Below are positions 11,053-19,907 of a DNA stretch of 64,000 nucleotides, one piece after another (position 1 is the stretch's first letter; each line of letters starts with the position of its first letter). Source of the stretch: an uncultured bacterium (GTDB taxonomy: Bacteria > Patescibacteriota > Minisyncoccia > SW-4-49-11); contig CALMJI010000018.1 in the NCBI GenBank assembly GCA_937864235.1, positions 73,955 through 137,954 of the forward strand, given 5' to 3'. Below the pieces are notes generated by a model, which saw only the letters and a list, made by a program, of their open reading frames with translations, made no database searches and was not told the DNA's origin. A program made the translations under genes and the position numbers.

Positions 11053-12159
11053 TTATAACGATACCAAACACTTATCTAATGCCTCTATAATCACCTTTTT
11101 GTCCATATTAGCTCCAATAAAGACAATTTTTTGTTCCCCCTTGCTTTCTCCAGCTTTAGATTTACTCCAATATCCATACGGATCAAGGTTGATAATATTC
11201 CCCGCTTGAGACCATAACAAAGCTGTTGTAAGATCAGAGTTATCCCAAGCAAACCCTTTAGACCGCACCACTCCTTGCAATGTTCCATTTTGTAATAATT
11301 CCATCAACTTTTGTCTATCAAAAGGCTTTTTACTCTCATAGACAAAACTACTAATTCCATATTCCTCAGTCTCTGGAGTATGTTCTCCTCTCATTTCTTT
11401 GAGCCAACCTATATTTTGAGAGGCTTTATCAAAATCAAATAATCCCGTATTGAGAATTTTCTCAAGAGAAATATCCCCTTTGACAGCCTCAATAATACGA
11501 GCATCTGGATTGAGTTTAGCTACAATACCCCGAATAGTTCCCACAGTGTCTTTGGAAACCAAATCAACTTTAGACAATACAATTACATCAGCAAATTCAA
11601 TTTGATCCGTCAGAAGCCCCACAATAGTTCTGGTATCTTCTTCTCCCAGAGATTCATCCGTATCCTTCAGCTGATCCTCTGAGGCAAGATAATTCATAAA
11701 ATTAGCAGTATCCACAACCGTCACCATAGTGTCAAGACGAGCAAAATGAGACAGAATATCTCCCGATTCATCATCAAAAGTAAAGGTCTCAGCAATCGGC
11801 AATGGTTCAGAAATTCCCGTAGACTCAATCACCAGATAATCAAATTTATTCTCTAGAGCAAGTTTTTTGACCTCTATTAATAAATCCTCTCTTAGAGTAC
11901 AACAAATACATCCATTACTAAGCTCAACCAATTTTTCTTCTGTTTTACTCAGAGAAACATCATTATTCGCTATCAGCTCAGCATCAATATTCACCTCAGA
12001 CATATCATTTACAATCACCGCAACCTTAAGACCCTGCCTATTTTTAAGAATAGCATTAAGAATAGTGGTTTTTCCACTACCTAAGAATCCAGATAAAACT
12101 GTGACTGGTAAAAGTTTCTTTTGCTTATCTTGCATAATATTATCTAATTGACTTTTCAC
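11053..12159 (-). CDS. COG0523/CobW-family zinc metallochaperone GTPase (ZigA/YciC-like); true start may be ATG at 12135
   Basis: LSGFLGSGKTT, NGCICCTLREDL, IESTGISEP and HTPETEEYGISSFVY. Confidence 0.93.
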   Translation of the reverse strand: MKSQLDNIMQDKQKKLLPVTVLSGFLGSGKTTILNAILKNRQGLKVAVIVNDMSEVNIDAELIANNDVSLSKTEEKLVELSNGCICCTLREDLLIEVKKLALENKFDYLVIESTGISEPLPIAETFTFDDESGDILSHFARLDTMVTVVDTANFMNYLASEDQLKDTDESLGEEDTRTIVGLLTDQIEFADVIVLSKVDLVSKDTVGTIRGIVAKLNPDARIIEAVKGDISLEKILNTGLFDFDKASQNIGWLKEMRGEHTPETEEYGISSFVYESKKPFDRQKLMELLQNGTLQGVVRSKGFAWDNSDLTTALLWSQAGNIINLDPYGYWSKSKAGESKGEQKIVFIGANMDKKVIIEALDKCLVSL

Positions 12160-12183
12160 AGTATATCAAAAAATATATCTAAA

Positions 12184-12198
12184 TGCAAATTATTTGCA
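12184..12198. promoter_or_regulatory. Fur/Zur-like operator palindrome
   Basis: Perfect 7-1-7 inverted repeat TGCAAAT-T-ATTTGCA just upstream of the COG0523 gene. Confidence 0.5.
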
Positions 12199-12259
12199 AT
12201 ATGATATAAAGAGTATACTTAATTATGCTATAATATTATTATCACCTAAATTTAATAAT

Positions 12260-12541
12260 ATGGCACATACAGATTCTAAAGACTTACAAGCCAAACTTGA
12301 GCCAACTCAATATAATATCGAGGTCGGAGCTTATTATCATCATTACAAAAATCCTCAAACTCATTATAAAGTACTCAATCTAGCCTTATCCGAATGGGAT
12401 GAAGAACCAGCAGTAGTGTACCAGAGTATGACAGATACCTTAATCTGGGTCAGAAGGATAAATGGTGAAAATGGTTGGAATACCCCCGTCACACTAGACA
12501 ATAGCCAAATTGTGAATAGATTTGAGAGGGTAGAGGGGTAA
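12260..12541 (+). CDS. DUF1653 family protein
   Basis: G.YYHHYKN...YKVLNLA....EPAVVYQ.....WVR and terminal RF; ATG at 12260. Confidence 0.75.
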   Translation: MAHTDSKDLQAKLEPTQYNIEVGAYYHHYKNPQTHYKVLNLALSEWDEEPAVVYQSMTDTLIWVRRINGENGWNTPVTLDNSQIVNRFERVEG

Positions 12542-12545
12542 GGGG

Positions 12546-13034
12546 TTATTTATTTTCTAATACAATGGTGTTAAAAATATAGTCACTAAGACTTCTACTA
12601 TTTTTACTCAACACAGTTACTCCTGAAATTATAATATATATTAAAAATAAGATAGGTCTTATAAAACATATAAATGTTAATAGGAATCTATAAGGCAACA
12701 ACCATTTATTAACCTCATTACCATTTTTATGTAGCACCTTTAAACCTAATAAATTTCTACCCAATGTATTTCCTGAAAATGAGTATGGGAAACCAGAGTA
12801 TATCAATATAGATGCAAATAAAGTATAATCAAATAATTTTGGAGTGTAACTTTCTTTTAATCCATTTTCAAATAAATCTAAAAACAAATTCTCTAGAAAT
12901 TTAATATCTGTAAACCTAACTAATAATGCCAGAAAAATTAGTAATATAGCAGTTAATACTAGTATGAAAAATATATCTAGTAATATAGCAATGGATCTTT
13001 TCCAAGCAGAGGCTAATTTATTATTCATATACAT
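12546..13034 (-). CDS. RDD family membrane protein
   Basis: LASAWKRSIAILLD, GNTLGRNLLGLKV and RSLSDYIFNTIV. Confidence 0.85.
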   Translation of the reverse strand: MYMNNKLASAWKRSIAILLDIFFILVLTAILLIFLALLVRFTDIKFLENLFLDLFENGLKESYTPKLFDYTLFASILIYSGFPYSFSGNTLGRNLLGLKVLHKNGNEVNKWLLPYRFLLTFICFIRPILFLIYIIISGVTVLSKNSRSLSDYIFNTIVLENK

Positions 13035-13146
13035 TAAATTAATTATTATATTCTTATTCTACTATTTATGTTATAGTTTGTCTACGATGCATCTCATCTT
13101 ATTCACTATATTTTTCATCCTTTTCACTACATCTTTCAAGAAACCA

Positions 13147-13488
13147 TTATCTCTTTTTCCTCACCCCAAACCCAACTATATAGCAGGCGATAAAAATTGT
13201 AATACTATAAGTAAGTTGGCTAGAGGGAATTTGTACTTCCTTATCAATCAAATTATCTAATTGAGCCATCTCTAAATATAACATTTGTAAATAATACCAA
13301 TACAAGACTATAGCCACTAATACTAATATAATTTTATCTAGACTTTTTGCTTGCAAGGATATTTTAAAACCGATCAAGATTATAAAAGGTGCTATAAACT
13401 GACCAAACATAAATGGTAAAAAGTAGAATATTATTGCTATTACTAATATTATTGTGAGTTTTAGAAAGTTATTTTTGAGTATATTCAT
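13147..13488 (-). CDS. small multi-TM hypothetical protein
   Basis: 113-aa hydrophobic ORF in a co-oriented run. Confidence 0.6.
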   Translation of the reverse strand: MNILKNNFLKLTIILVIAIIFYFLPFMFGQFIAPFIILIGFKISLQAKSLDKIILVLVAIVLYWYYLQMLYLEMAQLDNLIDKEVQIPSSQLTYSITIFIACYIVGFGVRKKR

Positions 13489-13510
13489 TTACTAAGTATT
13501 TTTAATTTCT

Positions 13511-13816
13511 TCACTTATTCAAATCTCTTGCCTTACGAACAAGATATAATTGTCTTAACATCAGAATATAATTGAAAGTCGCCCAAATAAAATATTTTAT
13601 CCAATCAGATTCTCCTCCACTCAATCCATTATTATCTATATAAATAGCCTCAGCATAAGTGACAACTATTATACCTATAATCGAGACAAAAGATATTAAA
13701 CTAAACCAAATAAACTTTTTCCTATATCTAGATATATACATCAGCACGAATATAAACATAAATAATGGAATAATATAGATATAGAATAAAAATAAAGGGA
13801 CTATTAAATCATACAT
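13511..13816 (-). CDS. small 3-TM hypothetical protein
   Basis: 101 aa with three hydrophobic segments; similar layout to 13839..14141. Confidence 0.6.
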   Translation of the reverse strand: MYDLIVPLFLFYIYIIPLFMFIFVLMYISRYRKKFIWFSLISFVSIIGIIVVTYAEAIYIDNNGLSGGESDWIKYFIWATFNYILMLRQLYLVRKARDLNK

Positions 13817-13838
13817 ATCATAATTATATTACTTACAT

Positions 13839-14141
13839 TTATTTCTTCTTCATAATATACCATATCCGAAACAATCCAATATAACTTACTCCTGTTAAAA
13901 TCAAAACATACCATAAGCTAAATGGGTTTACAGACCTATTTAATTCATCAGCTATAATAGCTTGCAATATAACTATATAAATGATACTAATCTGATTAAT
14001 AATTAAATAGATACAATCACTTATTATCTTTTTATTTTTAAAACTATAAACCAAAGTCATACTTATACATATGGGTGGGAGTATGTATAAAAAGAAAATA
14101 TATATAATTGATATTAAGTCAAGGAAAATGTTGTATATCAT
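13839..14141 (-). CDS. small 3-TM hypothetical protein
   Basis: 100 aa with three hydrophobic segments; begins 9 bp after the DUF2599-like gene. Confidence 0.6.
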   Translation of the reverse strand: MIYNIFLDLISIIYIFFLYILPPICISMTLVYSFKNKKIISDCIYLIINQISIIYIVILQAIIADELNRSVNPFSLWYVLILTGVSYIGLFRIWYIMKKK

Positions 14142-14150
14142 ATAACAAAT

Positions 14151-15080
14151 TTAAGGATTACATAATGCTGCTAAAGTTCTCAGATATCCCACATTAGGAC
14201 GAAATTCTTCCAGATTCCAATAATCCTTCAATGGAGCAATATCTATATGACATCTATACTGATTAAACATACTATTGTATCTTGATCCTGACCATCTTCT
14301 TCCTGACTTAGTATGTACTTCTAAAAACCCTCCTGAAAGATTATCCCCACCCCAAGCTCGAGCACATGATGTAGGTAAAATACTTAATGACTCTTCAGCT
14401 CCTCTACGAATCCATCCTGACCAAGCAACATATTGCGAACAATATACTGGATCTGCTAAAATAGGATATACTGCATTGGTAGTGTCTATATGTTGAATTA
14501 AGGTATTTCCATTCAAAGCATACCAAGTTTTTATATCATTCCCTTTAGCATCCTTAGCCCATGGTGGTAATATCCCTGATTCTATTTTACCTTTATCGTT
14601 AATAATATCTACTCCTCCTTGTGTATTTATTTTTAAGTTATAACCTTTAGCTATCTCTATTGGAAAATTATATACTTTTGGAGCTTCATTATTCTTAATA
14701 TTAATTACTTGTCTGATTCCACCTTCTATTCCCTGTACCACAACATCTACCTTGTCGGAACTATAAATAACTTGTCCTTCGGTTGTAGATATTGTTGCTT
14801 TTCCTATATCTGCTATTCCTATTGATACTGTACCCTTTTGGATATTTTTTACTTGTATCTTTTTCTTATTTTGATCTATAATTACCCCTATATCTCCTTT
14901 CCAGTATTCTGACTTTTGATTCAGCTTCTCTACTCTAAGTCTACTTGGATCTTGTTTCTCAATTCTTTGTATAGTTTTTATATTTTCTGAATCTTTTTCA
15001 TTCCCATAAGCTAAAACTGGAAATTGACTAATCAATACCATTATTACCACCATCTGTATAAGTCCTTGTTTTAAATTCAT
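14151..15080 (-). CDS. secreted protein with C-terminal DUF2599-like domain
   Basis: Signal peptide; PWAKDAKG..YPILADP linker; C-terminal SMFNQYRCH...WNLE.FRP.V.Y......CNP signature. Confidence 0.7.
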   Translation of the reverse strand: MNLKQGLIQMVVIMVLISQFPVLAYGNEKDSENIKTIQRIEKQDPSRLRVEKLNQKSEYWKGDIGVIIDQNKKKIQVKNIQKGTVSIGIADIGKATISTTEGQVIYSSDKVDVVVQGIEGGIRQVINIKNNEAPKVYNFPIEIAKGYNLKINTQGGVDIINDKGKIESGILPPWAKDAKGNDIKTWYALNGNTLIQHIDTTNAVYPILADPVYCSQYVAWSGWIRRGAEESLSILPTSCARAWGGDNLSGGFLEVHTKSGRRWSGSRYNSMFNQYRCHIDIAPLKDYWNLEEFRPNVGYLRTLAALCNP

Positions 15081-15137
15081 AGATATAATTTAGATATATA
15101 CTTTAATTCTATATTATTTGTCAGTTATTGTCAAACA

Positions 15138-15908
15138 TTAACTCCTCAACCCCACTCCTCGACGGAGTAAGACTATATCAGTAATGGATAAGACTAATAC
15201 TAACATTACCAACATAACTACCGAAACCTGAATTGAGACATCTGAGACTCCAAAAAATCCATATCTAAAACCATTTACCATATATAAAATTGGGTTTGCC
15301 TTGGATATATTTTGCCAGAATTCTGGGAGTGCATTGACCGAATAAAATACTCCCCCAAGATAAGTCAGCGGGGTCAAGACAAAGGTTGGCACAATTGCTG
15401 TATGATCAAATTTCTTCGCAAAGATTGCATTCAATAACCCACCTAAAGAGAAAACTGTAGCCGTCAAAATAGAAAATAACAACACCGCCCAAATATTCAT
15501 AACTTCTAATTTGGTAAAGGCTAAAGCTACGATTAAGACCAAAACTCCTACTCCTAAACCTCTAATTATCCCCCCTACTACATAGCCCCAGACAATCACC
15601 CAATTCGGAGTGGGTGAAACTAATAATTCTTCTATGCTTTTGCCAAACTTAGCCCCAAAAAATGATCCCACCACATTCATAAAAGAGTTCGTAATAATTG
15701 CCATCATCACCAGTCCCGGGACTATGAATTGCATATAACTAATCCCCTCAATATCTCTAATCTGAGAGCCTACAAAAGAACCAAAAATCAAAAAATACAA
15801 ACTAGTAGTAATCACTGAAGGGAGCAAAGTCTGTGGCCAAATTCTAATAATTCGAATTAGCTCTTTATGAATAATTGTATATAGTGGTGTAAAAACTGGT
15901 GCTTTCAT
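15138..15908 (-). CDS. yadH: ABC-2 transporter permease (YadH-like)
   Basis: RIWPQTLLP, YMQFIVPGLVMM, PLTYLGGVFYS and NPILYMVNGFRYG. Confidence 0.85.
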   Translation of the reverse strand: MKAPVFTPLYTIIHKELIRIIRIWPQTLLPSVITTSLYFLIFGSFVGSQIRDIEGISYMQFIVPGLVMMAIITNSFMNVVGSFFGAKFGKSIEELLVSPTPNWVIVWGYVVGGIIRGLGVGVLVLIVALAFTKLEVMNIWAVLLFSILTATVFSLGGLLNAIFAKKFDHTAIVPTFVLTPLTYLGGVFYSVNALPEFWQNISKANPILYMVNGFRYGFFGVSDVSIQVSVVMLVMLVLVLSITDIVLLRRGVGLRS

Positions 15909-15909
15909 A

Positions 15910-16815
15910 TTATTGTGAAACTTTATTGATAAATACTTCTTCTAACCTGTTCGTCTTATTCCTAATTCCTGTCACTCGCAATCCCTTGCTATGAAGTTCA
16001 TTGGTAATAGTATATAAATCCTCGCCCTGTAATAAATCTGTCTCTAGCCTCCCCTCTTCTATAACTCTGTATCTCTCTGGCAAATTCTTAACAGCTCCTA
16101 CCACATCTAGAACCAAAGTATCTTTTTTTAGCTCCGACAAAAGCTCTTTGACCGTACCAACTTCTAAGATATTACCCTTATTAATAATTCCCACTCTATC
16201 ACATAAATTCTCCGCCTCCTCCAGATAATGAGTAGTCAGGATAATAGTGACACCTTCCTGATTTAGTTCTCTTACAAATTCCCACATCTCTCGCCTCAAG
16301 TCCACATCCACTCCAGCAGAGGGCTCATCCAGTATAAGAATCTCGGGTTTATGAATTAGAGCACGGACAATCATCAGTCGCCTTTTCATACCTCCGGATA
16401 GCTTCATCGAGACAGTATCTCTTTTATCCCATAGCCCCAATCGCTTCAGTAAAATTTCAGCTCTTTCTTTAGCCTCTCCTGCCGGCATACCATAAAACCC
16501 TGCCTGCTGAATAACAATATCCTCCACCTTCTCAAACCAGTTAAAATTAAACTCTTGTGGTACCACCCCAAGATAAGTCTTGGCCTCTGAAGGGAATTTT
16601 TCAAAATCTAAACCATTAATTACAATATCACCTGAAGTTTTATTGGCAAGAGTTGTCAGCACATTGATAAGAGTAGACTTCCCCGCCCCATTAGGACCTA
16701 AAAGTCCAAAAATCTCCCCCTTATAAATAGTTAAATCTACTCCATTTAGAGCCTTAACTGCACCGTCCTTATAGGTTTTATATAAATTTTTAATCTCCAG
16801 AGCAACATCAGACAT
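15910..16815 (-). CDS. yadG: ABC transporter ATP-binding protein (YadG-like)
   Basis: GPNGAGKST, VPQEFNFN, LSGGMKRR, ILDEP and terminal NRLEEVF. Confidence 0.88.
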   Translation of the reverse strand: MSDVALEIKNLYKTYKDGAVKALNGVDLTIYKGEIFGLLGPNGAGKSTLINVLTTLANKTSGDIVINGLDFEKFPSEAKTYLGVVPQEFNFNWFEKVEDIVIQQAGFYGMPAGEAKERAEILLKRLGLWDKRDTVSMKLSGGMKRRLMIVRALIHKPEILILDEPSAGVDVDLRREMWEFVRELNQEGVTIILTTHYLEEAENLCDRVGIINKGNILEVGTVKELLSELKKDTLVLDVVGAVKNLPERYRVIEEGRLETDLLQGEDLYTITNELHSKGLRVTGIRNKTNRLEEVFINKVSQ

Positions 16816-16956
16816 AAATATAATTTTATAATTTATATTTTTATATTATACCACAAAAACATATCAAAAACAATCTATGGTTTGACACTAAATATTGACA
16901 ACATGCTTATCTTGTGGTATGAATTAACTTGCCCTTTCACAAGAGGAGGAGATTCA

Positions 16957-17628
16957 ATGATTCTGAGAAGAGGGTCTATTTTGCAAGCATTGGAAAATAC
17001 ATTCCACTCCTTAGCTATAATCAATATTAATAGTAATCTAAGTGATGAAGAGTTGGATCACATAGTTGATATTTTATTAAGTCAAAATCCTAGACTTAGA
17101 AGAGACAAAAATATTTATCATTGTCTATTGATAGGAAATAAATATCTTATTTTACCTTTGATAGGACAACTTGATAGAATCTATTATATTGAATGGATTG
17201 GAGATGAATATTGCATGCTAACATACATTTCCCCTCATTGCATAGAAATACCTATAGCTAAGGTATCCAAGCAACCTAATAGTTTAGAGGTATCTCTGTA
17301 TGGGTATAAAATACTCTATATACCCCAGATAATACAACTGCAAAATTATATTAGCCTATTCAAATTACTAAGAATAGATGCTAATGAATTTGATATGATA
17401 TGTAGCGTGAATACACATAACATAGATAATGAATATACAGAAGGCTGCTACCACTTTATGGATCATAATATCGGTAGCCCTGGATTACATTACTTTATAC
17501 CTCAAGTAAAGGTCCATGTGTTAGATGGACATGATGTAATGTTCAATAATTATTACGCTAACTTTAGTATATCAATAATACAGCTCCCCGATCAAATAGA
17601 AGAACTTGAAAACTATTTAACTCACTGA
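16957..17628 (+). CDS. hypothetical protein
   Basis: Open frame with AGGAGGA RBS before ATG 16957; followed by a terminator. Confidence 0.6.
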   Translation: MILRRGSILQALENTFHSLAIININSNLSDEELDHIVDILLSQNPRLRRDKNIYHCLLIGNKYLILPLIGQLDRIYYIEWIGDEYCMLTYISPHCIEIPIAKVSKQPNSLEVSLYGYKILYIPQIIQLQNYISLFKLLRIDANEFDMICSVNTHNIDNEYTEGCYHFMDHNIGSPGLHYFIPQVKVHVLDGHDVMFNNYYANFSISIIQLPDQIEELENYLTH

Positions 17629-17634
17629 TCTCCT

Positions 17635-17672
17635 AAAGCCCAACCAGAACCTTCTGAGTGGGCTTTTTATTT
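17635..17672 (+). terminator. intrinsic terminator
   Basis: AAAGCCCA...TGGGCTTT stem followed by a T-tract. Confidence 0.6.
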
Positions 17673-17732
17673 TGTATTCAAGATATTAGATTATATGCTA
17701 TAATCAAAATATCCAATTGTTCTTTTACAAAA

Positions 17733-18443
17733 ATGAATGAATTTGAAATTGTTAATTTTTTTTCTCTTTGTGTTATTGACATATCTAAACTAAGGGGTAT
17801 AAATTTAAGAGATTTCTTAGAACTTGGGGACACTCCCGAGTACTATCTCATAATTAGCCCTCGTCATCTGTCTACAGAGTATCTACTCTTTAATTTACCT
17901 GAAAATTATAGAGTTCAGGCTGTATGTGGTAAGTTTTACATAGCCTCTCATATTGGAAGTGAAGATTACTATATCCCAGAAGCTGGGTATGCTTTAGTAA
18001 ATGTCACAAGCAAGGTGTCTGGGATAATTCTAAATATACGAGACATAAGAGTACTATATATTAATCTGGAAGGATGTGATTTTTCAGAAAGACAAACTGT
18101 ATATAGTGTGATTGATAAAATGCATATACCTCAATACAAAATACATCTTGTTTGCCTACAGTCTAGTGATATTAAAAGTTTAAGTTTAAAAAATTGGAGA
18201 TATCATCCTCTTGATAGCAAAGAATACTGCTTAAATTATCCAATCATCTTGCATTTTTTAGTTAATAATAATACTAGAATGTTTAAGACTGATACAAGTA
18301 TATTCACTCGAGATTGTATCACTCAAGATGGGAATGTAGGAATGACAATTTATATTCCATATATACCTAAAGGGTTGTTAGATTATCTTAAAAGGTGTTT
18401 AGAATTAAAGAACTCGTCCAATAACTCCTATAACCCCCCTTAA
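17733..18443 (+). CDS. hypothetical protein (possible distant paralog of 16957..17628)
   Basis: Open frame of similar length and similar motif order to the upstream ORF. Confidence 0.55.
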   Translation: MNEFEIVNFFSLCVIDISKLRGINLRDFLELGDTPEYYLIISPRHLSTEYLLFNLPENYRVQAVCGKFYIASHIGSEDYYIPEAGYALVNVTSKVSGIILNIRDIRVLYINLEGCDFSERQTVYSVIDKMHIPQYKIHLVCLQSSDIKSLSLKNWRYHPLDSKEYCLNYPIILHFLVNNNTRMFKTDTSIFTRDCITQDGNVGMTIYIPYIPKGLLDYLKRCLELKNSSNNSYNPP

Positions 18444-18457
18444 GTCGTACGATTAAT

Positions 18458-19216
18458 TCATACGGCTTTTTTCTTTTCTAATAATTTCTTTTTCTTCACT
18501 TGCCTCTGATAATACCGAATAATTCTAAGGCGATAAAAAATCCCAAGAGTATCTATAAAAGTATCCCTTACAGTTTTATAATTTATACCACTGGAGGTAA
18601 GGTTTATGTACAATCTCACAGGCACTTCCAAAATCGGATAACCATAATAACGAGCCAGTACCAACATCTCAATATCAAAAGCATATCTTTTGACCAACAT
18701 CTGATCCATAATAAATGTAATTTTATCTCGCTCAAAACCTTTCAGCCCAACCTGAGTATCCTTAACTCCCAAACCGAATAAACCAAAGGTTATTAACTGC
18801 CCAATAGAACTAATTATTTTTCTGAAAAATGGATATTTTATAACTGATCCCCTAGCTCGTTTGGAGCCTATAACAATTGGGCATTCGGTAATCTGTAAGG
18901 TTGCAATCACCAAAGAAATATTCTCAACCGGGAAATCAAGTCCTGCATCATAGAAAATTACATATTCGCCCTTAGCAAAAGAAAGCCCATATTTCAGAGC
19001 CCACCCTTTCCCCTGATTAGGAGTAGAGAGATTAACTGAGGTCAATTCAGATTCATAAGGATAAGCCGCATCAAAAGTCTCCTGACACCCGTCAATAGCA
19101 ATAATAATCTCAATATTATATGGCTGTTGAATCGCATAAGCCTCGAGAGCTTGAATTGTCCTGGCAATATTATCCTTCTCTTTATAAGCAGGCACAACAA
19201 TACTAATATCCACCAT
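18458..19216 (-). CDS. GT2 glycosyltransferase (polyprenol-phosphate hexosyltransferase-like)
   Basis: SIVVPAYKE, NQGKGWA, DTQVGLKGF and FDIEML. Confidence 0.88.
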   Translation of the reverse strand: MVDISIVVPAYKEKDNIARTIQALEAYAIQQPYNIEIIIAIDGCQETFDAAYPYESELTSVNLSTPNQGKGWALKYGLSFAKGEYVIFYDAGLDFPVENISLVIATLQITECPIVIGSKRARGSVIKYPFFRKIISSIGQLITFGLFGLGVKDTQVGLKGFERDKITFIMDQMLVKRYAFDIEMLVLARYYGYPILEVPVRLYINLTSSGINYKTVRDTFIDTLGIFYRLRIIRYYQRQVKKKKLLEKKKAV

Positions 19217-19277
19217 AAAATAGCTTTATTTATAAACTTAAATTTATAATATCATAAAAATAATATTTTGGCTAAAT

Positions 19278-19480
19278 TTTTGTCTCCTTTATTTTGTCTC
19301 CCTCCATATTTCGTAGGGGCGACCTTTCAGTCGCCTGTGTTTTTTCTAAAATTCCCCTATTGAGGGCTTTAAGTCCCTCCTATATTTATTTAGGAGGGGG
19401 TGGCACGGAGTGCCGGGGGTGGACTGTATTTGTATTTCTGTCCTCCCTTGGGGGAGGTGCCCGCAGGGCGGAGGAGGACA
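19278..19480. repeat. modular hairpin repeat cluster including a GTAG-type REP (19312..19335) and module A (19440..19479)
   Basis: CGTAGGGGCGACCTTTCAGTCGCC and GTCCTCCCTTGGGGGAGGTGCCCGCAGGGCGGAGGAGGAC. Confidence 0.85.
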
Positions 19481-19485
19481 TTCCA

Positions 19486-19854
19486 TTACAATCTATCCCT
19501 CACTATATCTTCAAGAATTATCATAACTCCATTTATAGACTTTAGAACTTCTTCATCAGTAAATCTAATTACCATAAAACCTAAATTCTCTAAATATTTT
19601 TGTCTAATAATGTCATTATCATAAATCTCTGGATGATTATGACTTTCTCCATCTACTTCTATAATTATTTTTAATTCTAGACATACAAAATCTACAATAT
19701 ATCTACCAACCGGTCTTTGTCTTCTAAAAATAACACCTAGTTTTTTACTCTTTAGACCATATTTCCATAAACAAGCTTCAGCTTTGGTCATAGAAGATCT
19801 TAATTTGTAAGCAACTGGTTTTAATCTTTTATTATAACTATTATTTTCTTTCAT
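19486..19854 (-). CDS. DUF559 (Vsr/PD-(D/E)XK-like) endonuclease
   Basis: LRSSMTKAEACLW, FRRQRPVGRYIVDF, IIEVDGESH and D..RQ.YLENLGF.VIRF. Confidence 0.9.
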   Translation of the reverse strand: MKENNSYNKRLKPVAYKLRSSMTKAEACLWKYGLKSKKLGVIFRRQRPVGRYIVDFVCLELKIIIEVDGESHNHPEIYDNDIIRQKYLENLGFMVIRFTDEEVLKSINGVMIILEDIVRDRL

Positions 19855-19907
19855 ATCGAGGGGTATATAATATATCTATATACTTTAGTACTGTCCTCCT
19901 CCGTCAC

